A DNA stretch of 32,000 nucleotides from Bacillota bacterium (GCA_029565935.1 JAKQNF010000036.1:5552-37551), one strand, 5' to 3'. Counted from the first letter of the stretch, positions 20,174 to 29,201 are shown. Notes: generated by a model not told the origin, from the sequence alone. A program made the numbers and translations.

Positions 20174-21874
20174 ATGTTAAGTAACTGCAAGAGCAGGACG
20201 ATGATCTTGCTGACGCTGGCATTGGCGATCGCTTTGGCGGTCTCCGGCACTGCGTCGGCACAGTCGTACGGCCGCCTGGCCGGCATAGAGATCGAAGGCA
20301 ACAAGAAGCTCGACGCCGAATACATAAAGGGCCTGCTACCGCTGACCATAGGGATGGATCTGACGCAGGAGGCCCTCGACAAGGCGTTCGCCGCGTTGCA
20401 GGAAAGCGGCTACTTCGCCGACCTGGGGGCGCGCTCGCAGGTCTTCCTCGGAGGAATTAAGCTGATCGTGACGGTCTTGGAGTTCCCCGACCTCAAGGCT
20501 ATAAACATAGAGGGCAACACCCTTATGAGCGACGATGAGCTCCTTTCCAGGATGACGTCGCAGGTGGGCAAGATAATCAACGTCAACGCCCTGAAGAAGG
20601 ACCTGGACAGCATAATCCAGATCTACAAGGACAAGGGCTACGTGGCTAGCATAGAACCCGAGATAGGCATGGACGGCATCGTGCTGGTCAAGATGACCGA
20701 ATGGAAGGTCGGCTCGATACTGATCTCCGGCAACGACAAGACCAAGGAGCAGATCATAAGGCGCAGCATCAAGCTCGCGGAGGGCGACTTCATAGACAGC
20801 AAGGTCATAACCGACGACAGCCGCAGGATATACAACACGGGCATCTTCGACGAGGTCGGAGTGGAGCTCGAACCTCGCGAAGAGGGCGCCTACGCCGACG
20901 TGAAGTACGTGGTCAAGGAGAGCCAGACGGGCCTTTTCAACGTCGGCGCGACGTACAACTCTACTGAAGGGCTGATCGGCTACCTGGAGATCTCCGACAA
21001 GAACGTCTTCGGCTACGGCATCAAAGTATCCGGCAAGCTAGAGGCCGGAGGCAAGGAGAAGCTGGTCACCGGCGAGTTCAGCGTATCTACGCCGTATCTG
21101 TTCACTGACAAGTTGGAAGGCGGTCTCGAGTTCTACAGGCGCATGTCCAACAAGAAGATCGAACTCCCGCCGGACGGCGAGGAGGGGGACGTCGCCTACA
21201 AGCAATACAGGACCGGCGGTAGCATCTGGCTTGGCTACAACTTCGACCTGTACACTAAGGCGGGCGCATCTTTCAGGCTGGATTTCCTGCAGAACTCTGC
21301 CGAGACGCCGGATCCCGCAGTGCCGGAGGATTCCTCTACGAGGAGCATAACGCTTTCGCTGACGAGGGACACCAGGGACGATTTCATAAGCCCCACCAAG
21401 GGCTACACCGTGTACGCTTCGAGCGAATTCGCCGGAGGGATACTGGGCGGAGACGACAACTTCACGAAGCTGTACGCCCAGACAACGGGCTATTACGAAT
21501 TCAAGGACGGGCATGTCATAGCCGGAAGGCTCGGCATAGGCGGGGGCTTCCCCACTTTGCCTGAACATGCGAAGTACCTGCTCGGCGGCGGCACCAACAT
21601 GAGAGGCCTTAAGGAGCCCATAGCGGGCGACTACATAGTGTTCGCCAATGCGGAGTACAGGTTCAGGATCTATCAGGACATAGTGGGCGGCGTCGTGTTC
21701 TTCGACATGGGCGAAGCTTGGAACAAGGGCGAGAGCTTCACCTGGAACGGGCTCAAATACGGCGTGGGCATCGGGGCTAGGGTGACGATCCCGATGCTAG
21801 GGATGCTGAGGCTGGACTACGGTATCTCCAACGGGCAGGGCCGGGTGTATTTCGGCTTCGGTCATACGTTCTAG
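20174..21874 (+). CDS. bamA: Outer membrane protein assembly factor BamA / Omp85 family
   Basis: ATG 20174 has an upstream AGGAGG and gives a signal peptide (SRTMILLTLALAIALAVSGTASAQ). About three POTRA-like units, then RLDFLQNSA..., SLTRDTRDDFISPTKGYTVYASSEFAGG, FANAEYRFRI, C-terminal GQGRVYFGFGHTF. Confidence 0.9.
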   Translation: MLSNCKSRTMILLTLALAIALAVSGTASAQSYGRLAGIEIEGNKKLDAEYIKGLLPLTIGMDLTQEALDKAFAALQESGYFADLGARSQVFLGGIKLIVTVLEFPDLKAINIEGNTLMSDDELLSRMTSQVGKIINVNALKKDLDSIIQIYKDKGYVASIEPEIGMDGIVLVKMTEWKVGSILISGNDKTKEQIIRRSIKLAEGDFIDSKVITDDSRRIYNTGIFDEVGVELEPREEGAYADVKYVVKESQTGLFNVGATYNSTEGLIGYLEISDKNVFGYGIKVSGKLEAGGKEKLVTGEFSVSTPYLFTDKLEGGLEFYRRMSNKKIELPPDGEEGDVAYKQYRTGGSIWLGYNFDLYTKAGASFRLDFLQNSAETPDPAVPEDSSTRSITLSLTRDTRDDFISPTKGYTVYASSEFAGGILGGDDNFTKLYAQTTGYYEFKDGHVIAGRLGIGGGFPTLPEHAKYLLGGGTNMRGLKEPIAGDYIVFANAEYRFRIYQDIVGGVVFFDMGEAWNKGESFTWNGLKYGVGIGARVTIPMLGMLRLDYGISNGQGRVYFGFGHTF

Positions 21875-21885
21875 TATATAAGTGA

Positions 21886-21915
21886 ATGACAACTTGCGAA
21901 GTTAAGAATTATAAT
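21886..21915 (+). promoter_or_regulatory. Candidate sigma-A-type promoter upstream of ompH/skp
   Basis: ATGACA (21886-21891), 18-nt spacer, TATAAT (21910-21915), in the bamA-ompH intergenic gap. Confidence 0.65.
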
Positions 21916-21963
21916 GATATTTGTTGTCAATGAACAAATGAATGAGAGGTAGGTCAATCCCAG

Positions 21964-22422
21964 ATGAAGAACCTTTTTAGGAACACCACGGCAGTAATCA
22001 TAGCGATAGCGCTCATTGCGATCGCAGCCACCATCAGCAACCTTACTACCGGCAAGGCAGGGGCGGCCCCGGATTACGCCGTGATCGGGCATATCGACAC
22101 GGACAAGCTCAACTCGGAGTTCCCCGCCCTAAAGACCGCATGGGAGGCGGTAGCGGTAAAGAAGGCCGAGCTTGAGAAGGACCTCAACAAGAAGGCAGAG
22201 GGCCAGGACCAGGACACCAAGACCAAGCTCGTAGAGCAGTACAACACGACCTACAACGACTACGCCAAGAAGACCCTGGATCCTGCGTACGCCAAGCTCG
22301 AAGAGGCTGTCAAGGCGGTTGCCAAGGACAAGGGAGTGACCGTGATCCTCAATAGTTCGATAGTCATAGAAGGCGGCATCGACATGACGGCCGCGGTACT
22401 CCAGAAGGGCGGGGCGAAGTAA
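21964..22422 (+). CDS. OmpH/Skp-like periplasmic chaperone
   Basis: Signal/anchor sequence, then DYAVIGHIDTDKLNSEFPALKTAWEAV, a charged coiled-coil, and KGVTVILNSSIVIEGGIDMTAAVL. Directly after bamA. Confidence 0.85.
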   Translation: MKNLFRNTTAVIIAIALIAIAATISNLTTGKAGAAPDYAVIGHIDTDKLNSEFPALKTAWEAVAVKKAELEKDLNKKAEGQDQDTKTKLVEQYNTTYNDYAKKTLDPAYAKLEEAVKAVAKDKGVTVILNSSIVIEGGIDMTAAVLQKGGAK

Positions 22423-22441
22423 GGCCCTGCGAGAGACCTTT

Positions 22442-22465
22442 GAGGGGCGCACGATTGCGCCCCTC
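22442..22465 (+). terminator. Hairpin between ompH/skp and the LptG-LptD fusion gene
   Basis: GAGGGGCGCA (22442-22451), CGAT loop, TGCGCCCCTC (22456-22465). Perfect 10-bp stem with only a short AT-rich follow-on (TATTC). Confidence 0.6.
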
Positions 22466-22491
22466 TATTCACATGAAAGGCAGTTGCCCAG

Positions 22492-25400
22492 ATGAGGAAG
22501 CTTGACCGGTATGTGATGCGGGAATTTCTCGGACCTTTCCTTGCAGCGATAACCGCATTCATAGTCATATCGCTCAGCGTCCAGCTGTTCTGGCTGGCGG
22601 AGATGGTCGTTGTCAAGCACACCCCCCTCGCCACGGTGCTCAAGCTCATAATGTTCAACATGCCCGCGGCCATCGTCCAGGTGCTGCCATTCGCCACACT
22701 CTTCGGGGTGCTCCTCAGCCTAGGCAGGCTCAGCCGCGACAGCGAGCTTTCCATAATGAGGGCGGCCGGACTGAGGCTTTCCAGGATATCCCTTCCGCTC
22801 ATCATCCTATCTATATTCATAAGCCTGTTCGGCTTCTACATGGGCGACCAGGTCGCTCCCAAGGCCAATCTCGAATCCAGGAACATAGTGAACAAGATGA
22901 TACTCGGAGAGAGCATACCCAGCATCGACAACAACGTGTTCTTCCGGGGGCCCGACAATAAGTTCTTCTACATAGGGCGCATAAGCGAGGACAGGGCCAC
23001 CGTCCAGGACGTGATGATCTACGACATCGGATACGGGAAGTACCCCCAGCTGATAACCGCCTCCAAGGGCAGGGCGGATTCCGGGACCTGGGTCTTCGAG
23101 GACGGCAACATACACGAATGCGGCCAGGACGGCAGGGTGGCCTCGACGGCCCATTTCGACGTCCTCGAGATAAAGATGGAAAGGGCCGTAACGGACTACA
23201 CAAACTCCGGCAGGACCACGTCCGAGATGTCCATGAAGGAGCTTAAGGACAGCATCGACCTCTTCTCCAAGAGCGGGATAAGGGCCAAGAACCTGCTGAT
23301 CGACTACTACTTGAAGATGGCCCAGCCGCTCTCCTCCCTGATCTTCGCCATGCTCGCCGTGCCTCTTGCCGTAAGGAGCCCCAGGAAAGGCGGCGCCGTC
23401 TACAGCATCGGTGCGGGCATCGGGATAATAACCCTGTACTTCATATTCGAATCCGTGGTGAGATCGTACGGCATGCTGCAGGCGACCAGGATACAGCCCT
23501 GGCTTGCCGCATGGTCCGCGGACATAATATTCCTTGCCGCGGCCCTAATCCTGTTGTTGAAGGCCGACGCGAGGAAGATGGGCAAAAGGGCCAAAACACG
23601 CAAAGGGCCCGCCGCACTGTCACTGATGGTACTTGCGGCCATCCTCCTCATCATGCCAGGCACTTCGTCCGCCGCGGGGACGGCAGTGAAGGTGAGCGCC
23701 CAGAGGCTCTTCTACGACGGTGGCGACGTCTGGAGGGCCGAGGGAGGCGTGACGATATCCTTCGACGATGTGACCATCACCGCCGGAAACGCCGCAATAG
23801 ACGTGGTTACGGGCCTTGCCGAGCTTGGCGGGCTTGTCACCGTCACGACCAAGGAAAGCGAAGTGTCTGCGGTAAGCGCCACATGCAATATCAAGACGAA
23901 ACAGATATCGTTCGATACCTTCGAAGGCAGGGTGAGCGACGAGCGGGTCAAGGGCTACATATACATCAGCGGCGAGAAGTTCGTCGAGGACGACGGATCG
24001 TACAAGCTCACGGGAGGATACCTAACCACTTGCGACCTTCCCCAGCCTCATTACAGGATCGAGGCCGAGAGCATCGAGTTTACGAACGAAGACTACATAA
24101 TCGCAAGGAACGTATCCTACTTCGAGGCCAACCTGAGGCTGTTCAAGCTGCCGTACCTTAGCATCCCCCTTAGGGAGGAGGACAGGATGATCCTCCCCGA
24201 GTTCGGCTGGAGCAGCGGCGACGGGGTCTACGTCAAGACGACCATGAAGAGGAAGCTTAACGACGCGAACAGGCTGACCATAAGGCTGGACCTGTTCCAG
24301 ATAAGCGGGCTGGGCGCCGGCGTGCGCCACGACTACACCATCGAAGGGATAGGAGACGGTTACTACAGCCTTTACGGAGTAAAGAGCTTCTTCGACCCTT
24401 CCGCGTCCTGGACCGCGGAGGTATCGCAATCGGTGAGCCTGCCGCTGGAGGTCAAGGCCGACGTGAAGTACTCGGTAAAGGGCACCGTCGACAAGCTCGG
24501 CAATTTCCGCGACGACCAATATACGGAGCTCAAGCTCTCAAGGAACGCCAAGGACGACAAGACCTCGGCATCGGTATCCTACAGATTCAGCGGCACTAAC
24601 GAGGACTCCTCGACGCTGAACCTTTCCGCCACCCACTCATCTACCTTGGCGGAAGGGTTCAAGCTGAGCGGCAACGTAAATTACAGAAAGATAGTCCTGG
24701 ATGGCACTCTTAAGCAGGAGTACTTGAACTACAAGGCCACGCTGGTGCACACCGGCCAGGACGGCAAGCTTACCATAAACTTACAGGCCGCGGACACGAT
24801 GGACGAGAAGCAGGAAGTCGTCCTTTCCTCGCTAAAAAGGCTTCCCGAGATGCAGATCGACATGTTCAGGATCAAGCTTGGCAGCCTTCCTGCCGGGATT
24901 ACGGCCAAGTTCCTCGCCGGCAGGTACGTCGAGAGGATACTGAACACTACCCCGACGGAATACCTCGACGCCGTGAAGGGCGAGGCCCAGGCGGACCTTT
25001 CGTTGGACAGGGTCGACCTTTGGGGCTACGGGTCTTTCGACCTCGGAGGGAGCTTCATAGGCAGCCTCTACTCGACTGGCGACGCCAGGGCCTACCTGAG
25101 CGCTTCGACCTCCCTTACGGTAAAGCCGGTGAGCGGCTGGGACATAAAGCTCTCATATGATTATTCGAAGAAATTCGGCCTGTCACCGTACAGGTTCGAT
25201 TCCTTGAGCGACAGGAACAAAATATCGGCATCGACATCGGCTTCTTTCTACGGCTTCAGGCTCACCGCTTCCACCGGATACGACTTCGTGAAGGCCGCGT
25301 TCGACCCATTCACCGCGGTGGCGGCGTACAGCTACCAGGACAAGTACCAGGCGGACCTCACGATGAGGTTCGCACTGCCGGATTTCTCCTTGTCGTACGT

Positions 25401-25731
25401 GCTCGGAAGGGTGACGGTCAAGCCGACCGAGGACATCAACCTCAAGTTCGGCCTCGAGTACAGCGGCACCCTCAAGAAGCTGAGCAAGGTGGAGACCAGC
25501 GGGGATGTCAGGTTCCTCAAGGAATGGCGGGTGGCATGGGCGGCGATATACGATATCGCGAGAGAGGGCCTCAGGAAGGCCGACATCGCGGTTACGAAGG
25601 ACCTGCACTGCAGGGAGATCACGGCAGGGTATCAGATCGTCGAGCAGAGGTTCTTCGTGAACTTGAAATTCAAGGCGTTCCCTGACGTTCCTATAGGCAT
25701 AGGGACGGACGAATGGACCCTTTTCAAGTGA
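22492..25731 (+). CDS. LptF/LptG family permease fused in one ORF to an LptD/OstA-like outer-membrane LPS transport protein
   Basis: N-terminal MRKLDRYVMREFLGPFLAAITAFIVISL..., FATLFGVLLSLGRLSRDSELSIMRAAGLRLSRI, FAMLAVPLAVRSPRKGGAVYSIGAGI (YjgP/YjgQ). Then the signal-like KMGKRAKTRKGPAALSLMVLAAILLIMPGTSSAAG, a jellyroll-like region, GGYLTTCDLPQPHYRIEAESI, YFEANLRLFKLPYLSIPL, and a long beta-rich barrel ending LHCREITAGYQIVEQRFFVNLKFKAF (LptD). Confidence 0.88.
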   Translation: MRKLDRYVMREFLGPFLAAITAFIVISLSVQLFWLAEMVVVKHTPLATVLKLIMFNMPAAIVQVLPFATLFGVLLSLGRLSRDSELSIMRAAGLRLSRISLPLIILSIFISLFGFYMGDQVAPKANLESRNIVNKMILGESIPSIDNNVFFRGPDNKFFYIGRISEDRATVQDVMIYDIGYGKYPQLITASKGRADSGTWVFEDGNIHECGQDGRVASTAHFDVLEIKMERAVTDYTNSGRTTSEMSMKELKDSIDLFSKSGIRAKNLLIDYYLKMAQPLSSLIFAMLAVPLAVRSPRKGGAVYSIGAGIGIITLYFIFESVVRSYGMLQATRIQPWLAAWSADIIFLAAALILLLKADARKMGKRAKTRKGPAALSLMVLAAILLIMPGTSSAAGTAVKVSAQRLFYDGGDVWRAEGGVTISFDDVTITAGNAAIDVVTGLAELGGLVTVTTKESEVSAVSATCNIKTKQISFDTFEGRVSDERVKGYIYISGEKFVEDDGSYKLTGGYLTTCDLPQPHYRIEAESIEFTNEDYIIARNVSYFEANLRLFKLPYLSIPLREEDRMILPEFGWSSGDGVYVKTTMKRKLNDANRLTIRLDLFQISGLGAGVRHDYTIEGIGDGYYSLYGVKSFFDPSASWTAEVSQSVSLPLEVKADVKYSVKGTVDKLGNFRDDQYTELKLSRNAKDDKTSASVSYRFSGTNEDSSTLNLSATHSSTLAEGFKLSGNVNYRKIVLDGTLKQEYLNYKATLVHTGQDGKLTINLQAADTMDEKQEVVLSSLKRLPEMQIDMFRIKLGSLPAGITAKFLAGRYVERILNTTPTEYLDAVKGEAQADLSLDRVDLWGYGSFDLGGSFIGSLYSTGDARAYLSASTSLTVKPVSGWDIKLSYDYSKKFGLSPYRFDSLSDRNKISASTSASFYGFRLTASTGYDFVKAAFDPFTAVAAYSYQDKYQADLTMRFALPDFSLSYVLGRVTVKPTEDINLKFGLEYSGTLKKLSKVETSGDVRFLKEWRVAWAAIYDIAREGLRKADIAVTKDLHCREITAGYQIVEQRFFVNLKFKAFPDVPIGIGTDEWTLFK

Positions 25732-25754
25732 CGGGAACGAAAGGAGACATCTAG

Positions 25755-26396
25755 TTGAACCTCAGGACGGGGCTGGTCATATTCCTCGTTTTGGCCCTTG
25801 CGACTGCGGCCGTATACTACTACGGCTTCGTGGCTCCTGAGCCCGAGGCCGCAAAGGTGCAGGCGCCAGAGGACAAGGACGCGCCCGAGGTGCTGATCAA
25901 GGGGCTTTCGATGTCCAGCTGGACGGACGGGGAGAAAGTCTGGGAGATGGAGGTCGAGAGGATGGAACTGCCCAGGTTCGGCAGGAACACCGTGCTCTAC
26001 GACATAACCGATGGCACTATCTTCCGCGACAAGGGCCCTTATCTGGGATTCAGCGCGGGTATGGCGAAGGTCGACGGCAGGAACAGGATGGAGTTCTCAG
26101 GGGGCGTCGTCGTCGACTCTGAAGGTAAAACGCTCATGGCTGCAGAATCAATGTCTTGGGATCCTGCGACGCAGAAGGTGACGGTGCCCGGAGAAGCCAA
26201 GATAACGGCGGACGGAAGCACGGTCCTGGCGAAGAACCTTATCGTGGACCTCAATGACGAATACATATACACGACCGGGGAGATCATAGCCCAGCAGGGC
26301 GACAACATAAGGATTACCGCAGGCAACATGAAGTATTCGGTGACGAGGCGCGAGATGGAGATAATCGGCCCCTCGAAGATCGTCATCGACCTATAG
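25755..26396 (+). CDS. lptC: LptC-like LPS export protein
   Basis: TTG start with AAGGAG. Single N-terminal TM, then LIKGLSMSSWTDGEKVWEMEVERMEL..., AKNLIVDLNDEYIYTTGEIIAQQGDNIRITAGNMKY. Operon position between lptGD and lptA. Confidence 0.85.
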   Translation: MNLRTGLVIFLVLALATAAVYYYGFVAPEPEAAKVQAPEDKDAPEVLIKGLSMSSWTDGEKVWEMEVERMELPRFGRNTVLYDITDGTIFRDKGPYLGFSAGMAKVDGRNRMEFSGGVVVDSEGKTLMAAESMSWDPATQKVTVPGEAKITADGSTVLAKNLIVDLNDEYIYTTGEIIAQQGDNIRITAGNMKYSVTRREMEIIGPSKIVIDL

Positions 26397-26408
26397 GGAA
26401 GGTGTGCA

Positions 26409-27077
26409 ATGATGTCTAGGACCTTGATCAGGCTGATGTCCGTGGCGATGCTCGCCGCAATAGTGCTGGCGGCAGGTACCGTATCGGCCGCGAAGCAAGT
26501 GACCATCACCGCGACGCGCAAGCTGAACTACCAGGGCGCCAAGGGCGACGCCATGGTGGAGGGCAACGTGCGGATAGAGTACGGCTCGACCATCATAAAC
26601 GCCGAGAAGGTGCTCTTCAACAGCGACACGAAGACCGCTAAGGTGGACGGCGGAGTCCGGATCGCCCAGGACAACATAGTGATAACGGCCGACAAGATGG
26701 ACGCCGATTTCAAGAACGACAAGGTGAAGGTCAGCGGCAACGTGAAGCTTGAGCTCACCGAGACGCTCACTGAGATGGACGAGGCCGGCAAGCCCAAGAA
26801 GGACGTGGTGGTGCTGCTGACGTCCAGCATGGAGATAGACATCAACACCAACGACTTCAAGGCCACGGGCGGTGTCACGATAACAAAGAATAAGCAGAAG
26901 GTCCAGGCGGGCGAGGCGGCGTACGTCGACGCCGAGAAGAAGATGACCCTGATCACAGGCGTGATGATAGAGACCGAGGATGGGGACACCGTCAAGTCCG
27001 AAAAGGCGGTAGTATACACCGACAAGGAAGCCTTCGAGGCAGAGGGCGAGAAGATAGAGATCAACTTTACGGTCTAG
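26409..27077 (+). CDS. lptA: LptA/OstA-like periplasmic protein
   Basis: Signal peptide, then VTITATRKLNYQGAKGDAMVEGNVRIEYGSTIINAEKVLFNSDTKTAKVDGGVRIAQDNIVITADKM. Confidence 0.88.
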   Translation: MMSRTLIRLMSVAMLAAIVLAAGTVSAAKQVTITATRKLNYQGAKGDAMVEGNVRIEYGSTIINAEKVLFNSDTKTAKVDGGVRIAQDNIVITADKMDADFKNDKVKVSGNVKLELTETLTEMDEAGKPKKDVVVLLTSSMEIDINTNDFKATGGVTITKNKQKVQAGEAAYVDAEKKMTLITGVMIETEDGDTVKSEKAVVYTDKEAFEAEGEKIEINFTV

Positions 27078-27093
27078 GCAGGCGGGGGAAGGA

Positions 27094-27813
27094 ATGGGCA
27101 TAAGGGCTACCAATCTTACCAAGTCGTTCTCCGGGCGCACCGTCGTCAACGGGGTCGACCTGGAGCTCGAAAGGGGCGAGGTGGTCGGGCTGTTCGGGCC
27201 GAACGGGGCCGGCAAGACGACGACTTTCTACATGCTCCTGGGCCTCGAAGCGCCCGATTCGGGGACCATCCAGGTGGACGGCACCGATGCCACGTACCTT
27301 CCAGTGCACATGAGGGCGCAGCTGGGCATAGGCTACCTCGCTCAGGAGCCGTCGATCTTCAGGCGCATGAGCGTGGAGTCGAACGTCGCCTCCGTGCTAG
27401 AGACGATGAAGCTCGCCAAAAGGCAGGTCACGGAGAAGACGGCGGAGCTGATGGAGGCGTTCAACCTCACCGGGATAAGGAAGCAGATGGGCTATACGCT
27501 ATCGGGAGGGGAGCGCAGGAGGGTCGAGATAGCGAGGGCCGTGGCCACATCCCCGTCCTATCTGCTGCTGGACGAGCCGTTCACGGGGGTAGACCCGCTG
27601 GCCGTCCTGGAGATCCAGGGGATTGTCAGGAAGCTCAGCTCAAAGGGCCTGGGGATATTGATCACCGACCATAACGTGAGGGACACCATGGCCATAACCA
27701 ACAGAGGGTATATAATGTATACGGGCAACATCCTGGTTTCGGGCACCCCGGGGCAGATAGCGCAGGACCCGCTGGCCAGGAGGTTCTACCTGGGCGACGC
27801 ATTCGATCTTTGA
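27094..27813 (+). CDS. lptB: LPS export ABC transporter ATPase
   Basis: GLFGPNGAGKTTTFYMLLGL, GIGYLAQEPSIFRRMSVESN, LSGGERRRVEIARA, LLLDEPFTGVDPLAV, ITDHNVRDT. Confidence 0.93.
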   Translation: MGIRATNLTKSFSGRTVVNGVDLELERGEVVGLFGPNGAGKTTTFYMLLGLEAPDSGTIQVDGTDATYLPVHMRAQLGIGYLAQEPSIFRRMSVESNVASVLETMKLAKRQVTEKTAELMEAFNLTGIRKQMGYTLSGGERRRVEIARAVATSPSYLLLDEPFTGVDPLAVLEIQGIVRKLSSKGLGILITDHNVRDTMAITNRGYIMYTGNILVSGTPGQIAQDPLARRFYLGDAFDL

Positions 27814-27826
27814 TACGGAGGTCCCA

Positions 27827-29167
27827 TTGAGCGGAATCTTACTTATCGCAATACTGGCCATCGTAGGCGGCCTCGTCGCCATAGTCGGCGACAGGATAGG
27901 CATGCGCGTAGGCCGTAAACGCCTCACCCTCTTCGGCATAAGGCCGAAATACACCTCGATAATAATCACGTTCCTAACGGGAGTGCTCGTAGTCGCCCTA
28001 ACGGTCGTCACCTTGTCGCTCCTGTCTGAGAACGTCAGGATCGCCCTCTTCAAGATAGAGGAACTAAGAGGCGACCTGGAGCAGACCGCATCGGCGCTAG
28101 AGGACACCAAGAAGGAACTGTCCGACAAGATGAGCGAGGCGGACGAGCTGACCGTGAAGGTGCAGAGCATAGGCTCTCAGTACGAATCGCTCAAAGCCGA
28201 CTACAACGCCATAATGGCCCAGCTGAGCAAGGCCAACACCGAGAAGACCGTCACCGCAAGGCAGCTGGAGGAGCTCAAGAAGGGCCTTTCGGACATACAA
28301 GGCAAGCTCTCGGCCACCGAAGAACGGCTTTTAGTGGCTAGCCGGCAGGTTCAGGAATCAGGTCTGCTGCTCAAGGAACAGCAGGGCGAGATTACCAAAT
28401 TATCCGATGAGAGGCTAAATCTGGAGAGCAACATATCCGAGCTCCAAGATACCAGGAACACGCTGAACGAAGAGGTCGCCTACCTGGAAGAACAGCTCAA
28501 CCAGCTCATCCAGACGAGCATGCTGCTGATAGAGAGCAAGCAAGCCTCCATGACCATGCAGGTGATATTCTACGCGGACCAGACCATCCTCGGCTCGGCG
28601 ATAGACTGCTCACAGCCGATAGAATCGATACACCAGCAGATCAACGACTTCCTGATCAGGGTCAACGACATAGCCAAGACGAAAGGCGCAGGAGAAGTCG
28701 CAGGCCGCCAGGACGGATCGGCTCTCAACTTCGACGAGGACAACGTCCTGAACGCCTTCCAGAAAGTATATTCGTCGAAGGGCAAGGTGATAATGAGGGC
28801 CGTCTCGCCGGTCAACAGCTGGTTGGGGGAGCCGCTCTGGGTGTCGCTGCACGTTTTCGAGGACGAGCTGGTCTTCTTCAAGGGCCAGGTCATCGCCAGC
28901 CAGACGATAGACGGCTCCATGAGCGCCGACAAGGTGCAGTTCGAGATAATCAGGCTGATCGAGGAGGTCAACGCCATAGGCCTGGCAAAGGGCATGGTAA
29001 GCGACGAGGAAGGCAGGATAGGCACCTTTATAAAGGCCTTGCAGTTCACAGATGCGATAATAAAGGTCCTAGAGGCCGGGACCAAGGTCAGGGTGGACGT
29101 AATCGCCGAGCGGGACATATACCGGAGCGAAAGCCAGCCTACCATGACTTTGTCCGTCGCCTTATAA
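27827..29167 (+). CDS. DUF3084-like membrane-anchored coiled-coil protein
   Basis: TTG start. N-terminal ILAIVGGLVAIVGDRIGMRVGRKRLTLFGIRPKYTSIIITFLTGVL, a long Glu/Lys/Leu coiled-coil, then MQVIFYADQTILGSAI and a C-terminal globular region. Confidence 0.75.
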   Translation: MSGILLIAILAIVGGLVAIVGDRIGMRVGRKRLTLFGIRPKYTSIIITFLTGVLVVALTVVTLSLLSENVRIALFKIEELRGDLEQTASALEDTKKELSDKMSEADELTVKVQSIGSQYESLKADYNAIMAQLSKANTEKTVTARQLEELKKGLSDIQGKLSATEERLLVASRQVQESGLLLKEQQGEITKLSDERLNLESNISELQDTRNTLNEEVAYLEEQLNQLIQTSMLLIESKQASMTMQVIFYADQTILGSAIDCSQPIESIHQQINDFLIRVNDIAKTKGAGEVAGRQDGSALNFDEDNVLNAFQKVYSSKGKVIMRAVSPVNSWLGEPLWVSLHVFEDELVFFKGQVIASQTIDGSMSADKVQFEIIRLIEEVNAIGLAKGMVSDEEGRIGTFIKALQFTDAIIKVLEAGTKVRVDVIAERDIYRSESQPTMTLSVAL

Positions 29168-29201
29168 ACCGGTCAGTAACATGGCCCATTTATCTGCGAG
29201 C

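Noticed and set aside
24022-24519. Minus-strand ORFs across the LptD region (24022-24519, 25183-25608)
   Set aside because: Antisense to a clear LptD-like domain, no RBS or domain evidence.
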